Part shown: positions 28,841 through 41,616 of the stretch, in pieces
How positions within the stretch are numbered: position 1 is the first letter of the stretch
Layout of the letters: each line of letters starts with the position of its first letter
Origin: Ascidiella aspersa
Taxonomy: Eukaryota
Assembly: GCA_963924565.1 (NCBI GenBank)
Contig: OZ004607.1
Span: forward strand, 28,210,001-28,274,000
DNA: 64,000 bases
Reading direction: 5' to 3'
The notes under the pieces: model-generated
Told to the model about the DNA's origin: nothing
What the model saw: only the letters and a program-made list of their open reading frames with translations
Database searches by the model: none
Made by a program: the position numbers and the translations under genes

Positions 28841-31408
28841 GTATAACGCGACGCAATTCCCGTTGTCACGAATGCCGCTTGTTTCGTCACACATAATTAT
28901 CTGTTACGCAGACCAGTTTGACCAAGTAAGGTTGTCAGTTCATCAAATCACTGGACGCGCCTGTCTCGTAACGCTTATCATCGAGAGGTGTGCATGGGTT
29001 CAGCGCAGTTTCCTTGGGTTAGGTGAGGTTCTTCGCGATGCGCATACGACCATTTGTTATCGGTGGTATTAAGTTATTTTTACGCAAAGCCGCCATTAAC
29101 AACTTAAACAAAATTAGCCGGTTGTGTAAAACTGTAAGTGATGCTTTTTATTTAAGCAGAGTGCTTTAGTTTAAACTTGCAACGTGTGTAGCGCATTGTG
29201 ACAAAGAAGTAGCAATTAAAAAATCGCCACCCAGGCTGTCTAAATATTGGTGACCAAATGTATTCTTCTCAACATCATCTACGGGTCTGCATTGGACAAA
29301 TGTTTAAAAAGAGCCTTTTCGGAACAAAATAGGTAAGAAAGAATCGACAAACATTCGACCTGGGTAAAATTTTGCGATATAAACTTAAGGAAGGCCTGAA
29401 TGGTGAACGCTATGTTTTTTGGACAAACATGGCTATGGGCGTATTAAATTAAATTTTAATATATGTTATACTAAAACATAAAAATAGAATTTCACGTTCG
29501 TTAATAATTAAGTCTTTCCAGCGTACGCAACGTGTCCCGTCTCATTTGTGAAAACAAAGCTTTTAGCGCAACGGTTTGAAGAATTACCGCAATACAATTT
29601 AATCTAACACAATTGCGTGGAACATATAATTCGTAGAACTTGTTGATTGCTCGACGTTAAAAGTAAAGCAGCCTATACGTGTGTTAAGGTGGTTTCGAAC
29701 TTGGTAATTAATTTTATAGCCGTGAGACTTGATTTGTTTGTTTAAGCAGCTATAACCAGCTAATTGTCAATTGCGCACGAATAGCGTTAAATATCCGCGT
29801 TTGCGTAATATCAAGTTAGTCCCACATGGTAGGGATATGGTATGCGATTAAAAGAACCAATTTAAGTTTAGCTAATAGGTAGGCCGTAGTAATCCGAATT
29901 TACGATAGTATAATTCTTCTGCCAAAGTCGTTTGGGCGTCAATCACTTTGTCGAGAAATGTTAAGGTTGTTGGGAGTCAATTTAGCCTTTTTAGCATTTG
30001 TTCAATGTATTTCGACTTTATTTATTTATTTACCTTTCACATTTAACATGAAATCAGCAGATCTTTGAAGTTGTATTGTGCCGGTACTTAATGACGTCAC
30101 CTCTAAAATTTTCTTGTCTACCCTGGTCCACGGTAAGCAAAATAAAATTTAGGGGTCCGCAAGAAAAAGTTTAAGAGCCACCGATTTTGCCGAATTGAAC
30201 AAAGCAGTTCATCGGCAAAAGATAAAAGCGCAGAGTACTAGGCACGTGTTCCTCGGCGCATAACTGCTTATCAGCTAGACATTAACAAATCGTCGGCGAG
30301 TTAACTGTCAGGCGCCGCTACAGATCGCGATCAAAGCCTACCTTGTCGCGGCCATCAAGACAGCGCCTGAAAGTGGGATAATTTTGCGCGCCGAACTGAC
30401 CAAGAGATTCTATTGGTTGAAACAATGTTCCGACCCCCTTTGCTGTTCTATGTTTTCGGCAGTTCAGTGCACGGGTGTTGATCAGAGCATGCGCCTTCCG
30501 TTTGTTTCTTTGTCAGGCAAAATTGCGTGCAGCTCGTTTTTTCGGATAGACAGGCGCTCTAAAGTTTGATTGAGTTTTCGCTCACCCCATCACCTGCAAA
30601 ATTATGCAGGCCGCTGGAACAGGTGTTTCAGAAAAGGTAAGCACGGATGCTTCCCGTGTTAGTGATGACGGCGAAATACTCACGTACGAACAAAGCAAAA
30701 TGACGCACTACAAGGATGTACGTCTTTGTTTTGGCAAGTGTGCGAGCTTGTCTTTCCTATATACTTGTAAGGCGTAATTACTCCCTAAACCGCATGTTTA
30801 CTTTCTTACATAAAGCCGTTACCGGGATATTCGTGACCGCCAGAAACGAGCCGTTGAACCAAGCTAACTCCCTGAACTCTGTACTTTTGCTGTTTACGTC
30901 AGGCTTTGTCTAGACCGGAACAAAGTGCTTGTAAACAACGGGGGGCGTAATTATGACATGGGTACAAATTTCATTAGCAGCAACCAAATTGTGTCAGCTT
31001 TAATCTAAAAAGAATTGTTTTTACTGGAATATGTCTTTTTAGTGTTGTAATAGCTGCATATGCCAAGCTGCCTGCGTAACGTTCGATATGCACCAAACCT
31101 ATTCAACTTTATCTTAATTGCTGTCAAACTTAAATGTAAAACGACAATGTCGCAAGTTGAACTTGGTTAATATTGTAACGTAGTTAGTTTACCGATTAGT
31201 GGTTTGGCAACAAAAAAACAATATATCGTATTGTTCATTAAGCATTTTAATAAGATAAAATAAAAATAATTTTATACGTTCAATCGAAAAGTATTTTATT
31301 GTCTGACAAGCACAATATTATTTATTTGGGAAAGATGGAAAGGTATTTCATACATGCTTTTGAATTGAGATTTGTTACGTATTGAGTACGCGACGCCACA
31401 GTTTAAAG

Positions 31409-31767
31409 CAGTGTTTCTTAATCTTTTTTACCTTACGGCGCACCTGTAGACCTCTTAAAACCTGGCGAGCAAAGACGAGCTCTAATTATTTTAGTCAGAC
31501 CGGTGCTTCGTTTAAAATATTTGCACGTATTTATAGGTCTTATAGTTGCTTTATCGTTAAATAATTGTGGAAGAAACTGGCCAAGCCGAACAAAACAAAA
31601 TGTTTTAGTCTCATAGTTGCTTTATCATTAAATAAATGTGGGAGAAACTGGCCAAGCCAAACGAGAAAAAATAATGATAAAAAAGTATGTTTTATATTTT
31701 TTAGAATACTTTGTCTGCCAGCGGCGCACCTAGGAACGTTTTATGGCCCACCGGTTAAGAAGCGCTG
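31409..31767. mobile_element. hAT-type MITE, CAGTGTTTCTTAA TIR family
   Basis: Ends cagtgtttcttaatc and ggttaagaagcgctg; subterminal ggcgcacct motifs as in the copies at 57277 and 62266; TSD degenerate. Confidence 0.7.
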
Positions 31768-31813
31768 GTTTCATTTAAAGTGGTCAGCTCTGAGTGACAG
31801 GAATGCGTACATT

Positions 31814-32158
31814 GTTTGTGTGTGATCTGGCCTGCTGCAGAAATTCGGCTTTGCCGGTCGTGTGGTGTGCAGTGTAAAGCAGTGTCCAAGCTAAGCATAA
31901 ACCATCGTCTCCAATGATGCGATTCAGTTATGGAAAGCCTTGGCGTTATTTTGAACTAAGTAGTCCGTTTGTGTGTGATCTGGCCTGCTGCAGAAATTCG
32001 GCTTTGCCGGTCGTGTGGTGTGCAGTGTAAAGCAGTGTCCAAGCTAAGCATAAACCATCGTCTCCAATGATGCGATTCAGTTATGGAAAGCCTTGGCGTT
32101 ATTTTGAACTAAGTAGTCCAGTTGCGCAATAGCAGGAGTCCAGTTGCGCAATAGCAGG
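31814..32158. repeat. Perfect 153-bp tandem duplication followed by a 22-bp tandem duplication
   Basis: 31814-31966 equals 31967-32119; agtccagttgcgcaatagcagg occurs at 32115-32136 and 32137-32158. Confidence 0.9.
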
Positions 32159-33369
32159 AAATGACCATAGTTTTTGTGGGAGTTACCTCCCAACTGGTGA
32201 TGAACACTGATCATACACCTTTGTGCAAGGTTAATGTAACTTCCACTTGTACGTCTCAAATTGTTTTCCATTTAGGAGAGGTGCGGTGCTCTACAACAAA
32301 CGGGCGAACGCTATTGTCTACATTGCAGAGAAATTGGGATAGCATTCAAAAGTTCGTGCAAATACTTGTAAAAATAAACAGGGTATTACTAGTTATAAAA
32401 TATATTTACTCGCTGGTATGCGGAAATCGTCATCTCGCATGATTTTTATCCATCAAAATTGCACCAGGTAACGCCATTTTCCATTTAATTTTGCAAACGT
32501 CTGCAACCCGCTTTGAACTGATGTGCCCCAAGGTAGTCATACAGGAAATGAACATCTGTTTGTCTCGCATTTAAATGGATCCAAGAGGATGCAGCTTCAC
32601 ATCATCAGCAGCGCGTTAATCAATGGCGACCCATTATTTTGAGGTCATATAGGCAACTGAACTTAAGATAAACGTAAAAAAAATTCAAAAGATATATTGC
32701 ACAGATCAAAAAACGACCTCACCCAATACGAGTTCATTTGAAATCGATTGCTATTTAATGGGCATTCGCACTCCTCCGACATGGCCTCATTGTACCTGTA
32801 AAACGTGACCAACACGCCAGACCTCTTCCTTCGTAAAACGGAAGATTATGCATGTTCGGTGACATCGTATTAAACCCACACCAACCTTAGCGACGTAACC
32901 GCAAATATTAGAATCCGCTCAGGTGCTATATGATGCATTAAGATTATACAGTGGGCGAGTGGTGTTATTGTTGCATTTTCGCAGGTCACCACACCTTTCT
33001 ATACTTGTGCAACGCATGTGTGTGCGTGTATTCGCGCAATCATAAACAAACAGCGTTTTCGTTGTATTTTTTTCCAATAGTAGCATAGAAGCTACAACCT
33101 CAAACGGACTAAATGGTAAAAAATGCTTCGTTACCGGTGTGTCTTTACCACTACAAGTGTTGATGTTGCTTGTTTTGTAAACAATGGCCAAATGAAGCTT
33201 ATCGCAAACGTTTTGTCTTGGCGCGCCTAGCACTAAGTATGAACTCCTACATGGTCGTGCACGACACATTCGCACTGCCAAGCAGCCTATAGCGTCCAAC
33301 GTTTGTCAACAAACATCGGTGACTAAGTTGTGTCATCCTTTGTTTTGTGAAATAGCCTACTAGCTAGCA

Positions 33370-33768
33370 CAGGAGTTCTTAAACTTGTTTATATGTTTTA
33401 CCCTCTTAACAAAGATGAATATCAAATTTACCCCCAATATATAAAGTGGTGCTTATTTATTTAAAAAACGAAAGTAACAAATTACATCAGTTATATTCAG
33501 TGCGACAGTTGCACTTGTGTTTTGGCAACGAGTTGTTCAATGTCTGGTAAAGTAGTAGATAATTCACAACGAATATCAAATTCAACGTGTAAAGTCGGTT
33601 TCGTGCTTCAAATTTGATGTAAGCAATGCAGCGAAACCGCTTCGCAAAGGTTAGTTGAAGAAATCGGAACCAGAATATTCAGAGCTTAATTACATATCCT
33701 TGGATTTACGCCCTAAAACGAGGAAATTTAGCCCTTGAAGTAAATTTACCCCAGGTTAAGAAAGGCTG
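33370..33768. mobile_element. hAT-type MITE with perfect 8-bp TSD
   Basis: AGCTAGCA at 33362-33369 and 33769-33776; imperfect TIRs caggagttcttaaac / ggttaagaaaggctg; second copy at 28536-28840. Confidence 0.85.
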
Positions 33769-35047
33769 AGCTAGCAGAAGCAGTAACGAGCTTATTACAA
33801 CAGAAAACTGATGCAAATTTCTTGTCAGAGGGCGCGAGTTACCTTGCTCGTCCTAGGTTTTTGCATGCCTCAAAGCCCTGGAATCAAATAAGGTCGAGTC
33901 GAGGGTAGGCCGAACCGTGGTGCTTTCAATTGCGCGGCAACCACAACGGAAAACCCTTCTACAATGGAAGTCCGTCAGCATGCGGTGATGGTCGCTTGAC
34001 GAGGTGCTTGTAAGGTGACGCGTTGGTGCCCCAAGCCAGGCGGCTCTTGCTATTTAGCTGTTAAAACGTTACACCATCTAGTCAGGAAATTGAATTTCGA
34101 CACCCAAGTCCCCGATTTGTAGGGCTGCCCTGCGTTATTGGCAACTTGCTTGCTGAAATCCGAGGACTTTTCAGTAACGACTGCTATTGGGAAAGATTAA
34201 GGGAGGGATTTTTAAATACAGAGGCTTGGTTCATATCCAAAATGATTAGAAAGTTTAGCGATTAACCCAGACTTTTGAGTGTATTTTGTCAATAATTTCA
34301 CGATTAGAGTGAAATACAGTTTTGACTTAGAATTGATAACGTATAAAAGTTTCCTTATCAGCTTTATTTATTTATATTTATAAGGATAGGTTAGATTCGC
34401 TTTTGAGTTTTCTTATCAGGGTTTTTATAAAACAGTAGCTTTAACCCTTTATAACTGAACTTCAACGACATTTCTTGAATACACTTATGTGGGAAATTTC
34501 AAAGCACGGGAAAAATGTGATAAGAGAGGACAGCGCTAATTGAGATAATGACTCAACTTTTCATTGTCCAAAAAAATGACACGAACTGTGTCGTTTCCAA
34601 TATTTAAACGTGTATGACACAATCGCTTAAAAAAACAACAGCAATCGCTATATTAAGGTGACCGCAGGTGCGTACCCGGCATTCAAAGTTCGTGTTTATT
34701 AAACAGGTCACTCGTTTATTATTGGTTTCGATCCGCGCTGCCTTAATCGTTTATTACCGGGTCGCAAAAGCTGACCTGTCGAGCATCGCCGATCTACCAG
34801 AAAAGGCGCTAGTAATCGATGGAGGCCGCAAATAAAAACTTGCAGAATATTACTTTTATGCAAATAAGTTTTTTGCACGCAAATTTCGGGCTGCCATTCT
34901 TTTGTGCAGATGGTATGAATCAATAGCTCAATTTTTGGAAGAAATTCGTCGCAGTAACCAGGGTGTTGACCATCTAAACGTTTTATTGTTTTACAGGTAA
35001 ACTCAAAAAGGTTAAAAATATTGACAATAACGTAACAAATTTCAAAC

Positions 35048-38000
35048 ATGGACAGTCGGTCAGTAGAGCTGGAGTTACTTACCACGGCCAATCTACTTAC
35101 GACAACGGACCACGAAGTTCACGTGGATGATCATGATCATGATCACGATCATGGCCATCACCATCACGAAGGTTTCATACAGGAAAGGACTCCGGTCGAA
35201 ATTGCCTTCGAAGTCATTTTCCTCCTTTTATTGGCCGTCGTTGGCACTCTGGGCAACCTTATGCTCATACTGTCGGTCACACTGCAGAAGCGAGCGCACA
35301 AAAACGGAAATATATTTCTCATTAACCTTGCAGCGGCCGACCTCGTGGTAAGCATACAGTACTCGCTTTGTGACAGAATGTTCGTTAACGGAAGTTTATG
35401 TTTCCTTTTTACTGCGACATCGCGTTTACCGCCCGTTTTAATTTCAAAATTTTCACCGACTTCTTAAATAACAATTATCGCCTTGTATTCTTCATTTGAT
35501 TTCTCTCACAGATATGCAATATTTGTGTGAGTTAACGGAAATTTGTGATTACCATTTTATAGCAACATCGCGTTCACCGCCCCACTTTAATTTGCGGTAA
35601 ATCATCAGAAAATCGAAAAATGTCTTTTAAAATAGCATTTAAATACCCACCATTGTAATTTTCATTTGATTGTAACTTAAGCGATTCTTTTTGAATTGTC
35701 AAAAAAGTCCAAATTTTGTCAAAATTTACACGTTAGGTCGAAATTTGTCAAACTTTTTTCAAGTCAAAATCGATTAAAAATGTTAATACACGTTTACAAA
35801 ACTGACAAAACTATACTCATCTTTTCAACTTGTCGTTCAGTAAAAACTTAATCAAAATAAATCTTGTTTTCAGGCCAAAAAATAATCGCCCTAATTTTCA
35901 CAGATATGCAGTATTTGTGTGCCGGCTGTAGTGGCCAATGTTCTAATGGGCACCAACGCTCTTCCTGCCATTGGCTGTAAGATACTGGGCTACATGACGA
36001 TTGTTTGCTGGGCCAATTCGCTCTCCAACATCGCATTCATCGCCGCCAACAGGTAATTGCTCATAATTACGAACTGATTAACCTATTTTATTCAAAAGTG
36101 GTAAGTTTAGGTCAAAATACAACAACAACTTTTGCAAACAGTAACGTTCGATCGGCGCTCATAAATTTACGATGCAACAATTCCTCCAAAAATTCCATAT
36201 CTTATGTTTTATATAAATATGTATTGTAAATATAAATCAACATAGCTGTTTAGACCAGTGCTTTCCAACCTTGTTCAGTTCGCGACCCACTTTTAATGCA
36301 AGTTATGTTGTGCGAACCACAATGAGATATGACCAAATTGTTTAGCAATAATTTAAAATGCAACTGATTGAAAATAAGATTAACAGTTACATAAAACCTG
36401 CATATTTACTACTGGTGTACGTACTGAAATAGTTCATGCGACAAAACACATCTAATTGTTACGTATTTGTTACATTGTTGCATGAACCTTACGTACCGGG
36501 TAATGATAATGTAATAATTTCCCGAACTAATGGAAAACTGTAACATTTATAAATGCTTCGCGACCCACCTGAAAGCTACTGCGCATTGATTACCTACATC
36601 TTGATTATAATCAGGTACTGGGCTGTTGTTCGATACGAGTCACATCCAAAGGTATTTTCGAATCGCAATATGATCTTCATGGTGGTGGTCACGTGGATAT
36701 GGGCTAACCTTCTCGTACTGCCGGTGTTTACAGGATTTAGCGAACTAGAGTAAGTTTAGTTTATCGATTTTCATGTAACGTTCATGTAAAATATTGTAAA
36801 ACTGTGTAATAAAGCCCCTTGTGTTATGTTTATCATTATTTCAAAAAGAATGTACAATTGTAGCCTATTAAACGTATTACACATTTTTATTACACATTTT
36901 TTTTTTTTTTAATTTGAATATGAATTTATTCCTTAAACAGGTTTCTTATTATTATAATTTAATATACTAATGCTATTAACATTTGTAACCTAAATCATAT
37001 CTAAATAATGCGCTGTCGTTTAGGTATGACGCCAAGATGCAGATTTGCTTGTGGCACGACAGCAAGAACCCAGCCTTTAACACCTGTATGATGGTGGCCA
37101 TTTTTCTTCCGGTTGTGCTGATCATCGTCTTCTACTGGAGACTTATGCAGTAAGCAACATTTTCTATCGTCTTTAACAAATAGTTGTTTTCTTATAAGTC
37201 CTCAAAGCTGTTAAGGGTTAAATTACACCATTCTGATACAAAGTCAGGTAATTGAGCACATGCCGTAAACCAGCGTGGTCCACCTACAGGCTCCTGGGCC
37301 AAATGTGGCCTGCGAACTCTTTTTATTGGTATGTCTATCGAATAACTTTAGTTGTATAACTGCACAACAGTCCGTCAGTTTTTTTTCTTAAGGTTACTTT
37401 AAATTACGACGTAGCGTTAATACGCAACTTCTGAAGCATGTATAAGACGTTTTTGTTCCTCTTACTAAAATTTAAAAAAATCTGTTTCCGCCCGCGACGA
37501 AATATAGTTGGACCACGCTTCATTCATAGTCAATCTTAACTCTAATTTAGTTTTCAATTTGGAGCTAATATGTCAACTACTTTTATTGTCGTGTACCACT
37601 TTATAATTTTGTTTCAGTACCTCGGGATATAGACGAACCTTTACTTGACCAAAAAACACACAAATAAATAAACAAATACCTCGCGAACAGCTCTAATTAT
37701 TCTACATTAGAGGTAAAGTTGATATTCCTAAAAGACAACAACGCGTCATTTTTAACTCTACACAAGAGCGGAGGCTGCCCGTATACCACCTGGAAAGCCT
37801 CGCGTGCTTCTTCTATAGTAGTACTTGCACGAGTAGTTGCCGAACACTGCTGTACACAGTTGCCCTTTTTTTCAGCTCGGTTCGAAAGCGAGGCAAGTGG
37901 GTAAGGAGGATCAGCAGCTGCCCGAAAAACGGAAACACGAGCGGAGGAGAATCGGGAGGAGGAGGAGGAGGAGGTAAAGTAAGAGGGTCGGTGCGCAAGG

Positions 38001-39568
38001 AAATCGATCTTATGAAGACTCTGGGTGCCACGGTGACGGTGTTCGTCCTACTGTGGTTGCCCTACGCACTCATGCTCGCCATCGACCCGAATGATGTGCC
38101 GGCTGTTGCCGAGCAGGTTTGTATTGTTATGATTAAGGGAAAGCCCTAGTTGTCACTTTGTTTATCTTTCGCATTACCACTTTTTATAGGGCCAAGTTTT
38201 ACCTTAAAACCCACGTTCGTGCCAAAGCTGGCCGATGAAAAACTTTCAACTGATTTATTAGCAGTTTATTTTTTAAAGATGGTTGAATTGGCAGTAAAAA
38301 GAATTTAGCGCAACAATAGCAATATCCCTAAAAACGCCACACATTAATTTGTTTTTGTTTTTTTCACTTTGCCATTATAGTCACATACTTATATGATCTC
38401 TTGGCCAACCAGTAAAACACTAATATACTAAGCAAATGCTTACTCAAGTCAATGAAAAAAAAACCTTGTAATTTTAACTTACTACGTAAATATAACTTAT
38501 TAATTAATTGCAGGATAACTAAGTTACTTATTGTTTTGTTCTTCAGGTGGTCGCCTGGTTGGCTCTGAGCAGCTCAGCGATGAACTTCATAGTGTACGGC
38601 GTGGTGAACCCGGTTTACAGACGAGGCTACAAGAGGTTATTTCGACGAGCATGCCGATGCCACAAATTAATTCCCGGGTAAGAAAAGCACAAATAACCAA
38701 TTGTACTGCTAAAGCGTCGCTCACCAATGTATGCATAAAAAATTAGCGTTTGTTTAAAAAGTTTGCCTTATATCCATAACTTGCCAAATCTTCAAACGCA
38801 AATGATATAAGTTTTATAATAAAGTTTATTTTTGTAGAAGTGATCCCGACAGCAGCTCCACCATGACCATGAAACCAAGAAAGGCGACTGTCAGTTCTGT
38901 AAGTGTGTGTCGCGTTACTCTATATGTCGTAAAGTTTTTTTCAGAAAAATAGTTGTTGTAGCATCTTTAGTGTTGAAATCAGCTGCATCTTTATTCAAAG
39001 CAAAGTCATTTAACAGTAGGTTAAGTTCCTATAGTATGGAGTATTCTGTGGTGCGCAACACCCAGAGACATTTTGCGCAGTGACGTTTTATCGCACTTGC
39101 CAAACCATATTTAAAGCTCGGCAATAAACCTGGACAAGTCTGTACAATTGGATGAGCGAAAACCATAGATTATTTATATATATACTTTGTTGTAAATCAT
39201 TAAACTAACCCTACTAAATTTTTAATTAATTCGGGGTAGCTCTGCCATAAAATATTCATGCTTATTCTTATAAACATTGAAAAAAATCCTCGAAGGTACT
39301 CTGGTAGTACGATTACACTTTGCCATAAATTTTCACCTCGTAGCGATTACAGCAGAAAACCAAACAAGAATCGTCAACAGTGATTTTGTAAAACAAACTA
39401 GAAAGCATTTGTTTTTATGTGTTTTTTTAAATATTTTTCCAGCTCCATGGAGCCAACTGCAGACGAATTACCACGCCGCAAAGGAACTACGGCTTTAGGA
39501 GCGAAGTATCAAGGTCTGATGCTAACGACCTTACCACAGACAGCGCCAGAAGCAAGACGCTGATCTAA
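35048..39568 (+). CDS. Class A GPCR, melatonin-receptor-like orphan with His-rich N-terminus (family A, gene A3), 8 coding exons, ~422 aa
   Basis: Exons 35048-35347, 35904-36052, 36615-36749, 37024-37149, 37876-38116, 38547-38677, 38838-38898, 39443-39568. Same intron positions and phases as A1/A2; spliced length 1269 nt, open. Motifs GTLGN, NLAAADL, FIAANRY, FVLLWLPY, SSAMNFIVY; poly-Gly in ICL3; ends ...SKTLI. Confidence 0.92.
37271..37520. mobile_element. hAT/Charlie-like MITE in A3 intron 4
   Basis: TIRs cagcgtggtcca / tggaccacgct with subterminal gggccaaatgtggcctgcg and gcccgcg motifs. Confidence 0.6.
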
Positions 39569-41616
39569 AGGGGTTACCATCAAGAATCAATGAAATTTGA
39601 TAAACTGCAAAAAATTATTACGTGTCGATTTTATTAGCGTGAAGTGCCGGGCACAACACCGAGCGTTTTAATGCCAGGTGGGACGTTTACGACTAGCGAT
39701 TTTGAAATGCTTTCGCCAAAACTAAGTTTTCATACTACCTTGGGCACAAATCTAAAAGTGACAGGGAATAAACTGAATTTGTGACAACCACAAGACAACC
39801 TTTATACGCATTGTTTTGTTCCAAATCTTTGTACTAGTGTTTTACAGCGCACGCTTCTAGGAAAGACGATTTTCGCATTGTTGCTTAGGATGTTTTATAG
39901 TGTTCCAATTCCGCTCCAATAGGTAAATGGCGCAATACGTTTAGCCATTACTGTCGCTCGGCGAAGTTTCAATTGGTGATGCGATATGCACTACCGTACG
40001 AAACATTTTTGTGATACAACGTGACATTCACGATGCTTAAATAGTTAATTTTTTACAAACTCATCCTACTGTACTGCTATTATACGGTATTTTTTACAAA
40101 CAATTCACGGTACCGTGTTATCTAATCTCCAAATTAACATGTTGTTTTATGGTCTATTTTAGGCGTTTACATAAGACATGTTCCATACATTCATTTTAGC
40201 ACGTTTCAGAATTGCATGTTCTTTAATTTTTGTACCACTCTTGCCAAATGCAACGCCCACGACTTTAAACGGTAGAAAAAATTAATTTTGAAACATATTT
40301 GTGAATAAATAAATGTAAAACGTTGTTATTACATTGTCCGCTAGAATGAGCAAGAGATCAATTTTTACATTTTTTTAAATCTTTAAGACATCCGCTTTTG
40401 CTGATGCAACATTAAACCCAGACAAAAGTACTTTTCGTTCAATCCATCGAAAACGCTCCGAATTTTAAAGATCACTATTAGTTTGCGAACCAAAGGTATC
40501 TCTAAAAACGCGCGGATTTTGTACAATGCTGTTTTATATATTACACTAAATTAGTTTTGCGTTAGTTTAGGGGCTTTAGACGTATGTTTTGCAAAAAGGT
40601 AAATACAAACAGGCCATAACATAAGAAGTTCTATATCAATCGTTAACCTTGAGGTTTGTACGAGACAACCCATGGTACCTATTTGTGAACAAACGACACC
40701 AAAGACACGTGCCCAGGCCCTTACCTAGCCTGAAACTCTGTAACATTAGCAACATACTTTTACGTGATTTTAAGTAATTTAGTATTTACCTCAAAGTGTG
40801 AAACAACCATTTAGGTTATATTTAAGAATAGGAAAGTCAGTTATGCTTTCATTTAAAATAAATTTGACAATGCACCATTGGGGAAACAAACACAAAAATA
40901 ATATGCAAATATCGTCTTTTTAAAAGCAACTTCTTTCTATACCTTTAGTTGTGATGCGGCTATTTGCATACACATATCGACGGAAGTCTGGCAAGTAATT
41001 ACACCGTTGTCGAAACCTATCTAACCAACAAAATGACTTGGCTGGCTTCTGGTCACGGTAATCGCATGCTGCCTTCAGTGGTGCACTTATGTCGCACAAG
41101 TCAAGTCAGATTTGCTATTAGCCTAAGTTGACTTTACTCGCAATATCTTTCTTATCACGGGAGCACAGAAATATAGAAGGACAATCAGATGTAATATTTT
41201 ATCCTCAGATGCAATACGGTGAATTTGGCAGCAAAGCGGTTAAATCGTTTGTCTAATTGAGATATCAAACTAATCCGTATTTAAAGTAAAACGAACATGA
41301 AAGATTCATTTGTTAAAGAATTATTTCAAAATATGGCATGAAATGCATAATCCTATTAATTTTGGCTTCTTTTTTTTCTGGTTTTCTTGGTGTTTTGCAT
41401 TACTAACCAGAAGTCTCATGTAAGATTGCTGCATTAGTAGCCTGAAGGTTTTAGTTCAAATCATTTTTGTTTTAAAAAAAAGAAATTTTATTGAATTTAT
41501 AAATGTAATTTGAGCAAGGAAAAAACGGATTCGCGTATAGTTGTTGCTCAAGCATTAGCCACTGTAACTGTTTTGCTTGCAGACAAACAAAAAGTCATAT
41601 TGTAAAATCAGGAATC

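Noticed and set aside
32480-32615. Minus-strand AADDVKL resembling the LINE reverse transcriptase (F/Y)ADD motif
   Set aside because: No aromatic residue before ADD, no upstream QG motif, and the downstream match is weak and out of frame.
2296-39568. Opsin identity for family A, prompted by WTPY in TM6 and GWS/GWT after TM4
   Set aside because: Position 7.43 is Ile/Leu/Leu, so the retinal-binding Lys is absent; the A2 Arg is at 7.40.
2296-39568. Assigning MTNR1A/MTNR1B gene symbols
   Set aside because: Pocket residues and gene structure differ, and orthology cannot be shown without a phylogeny.
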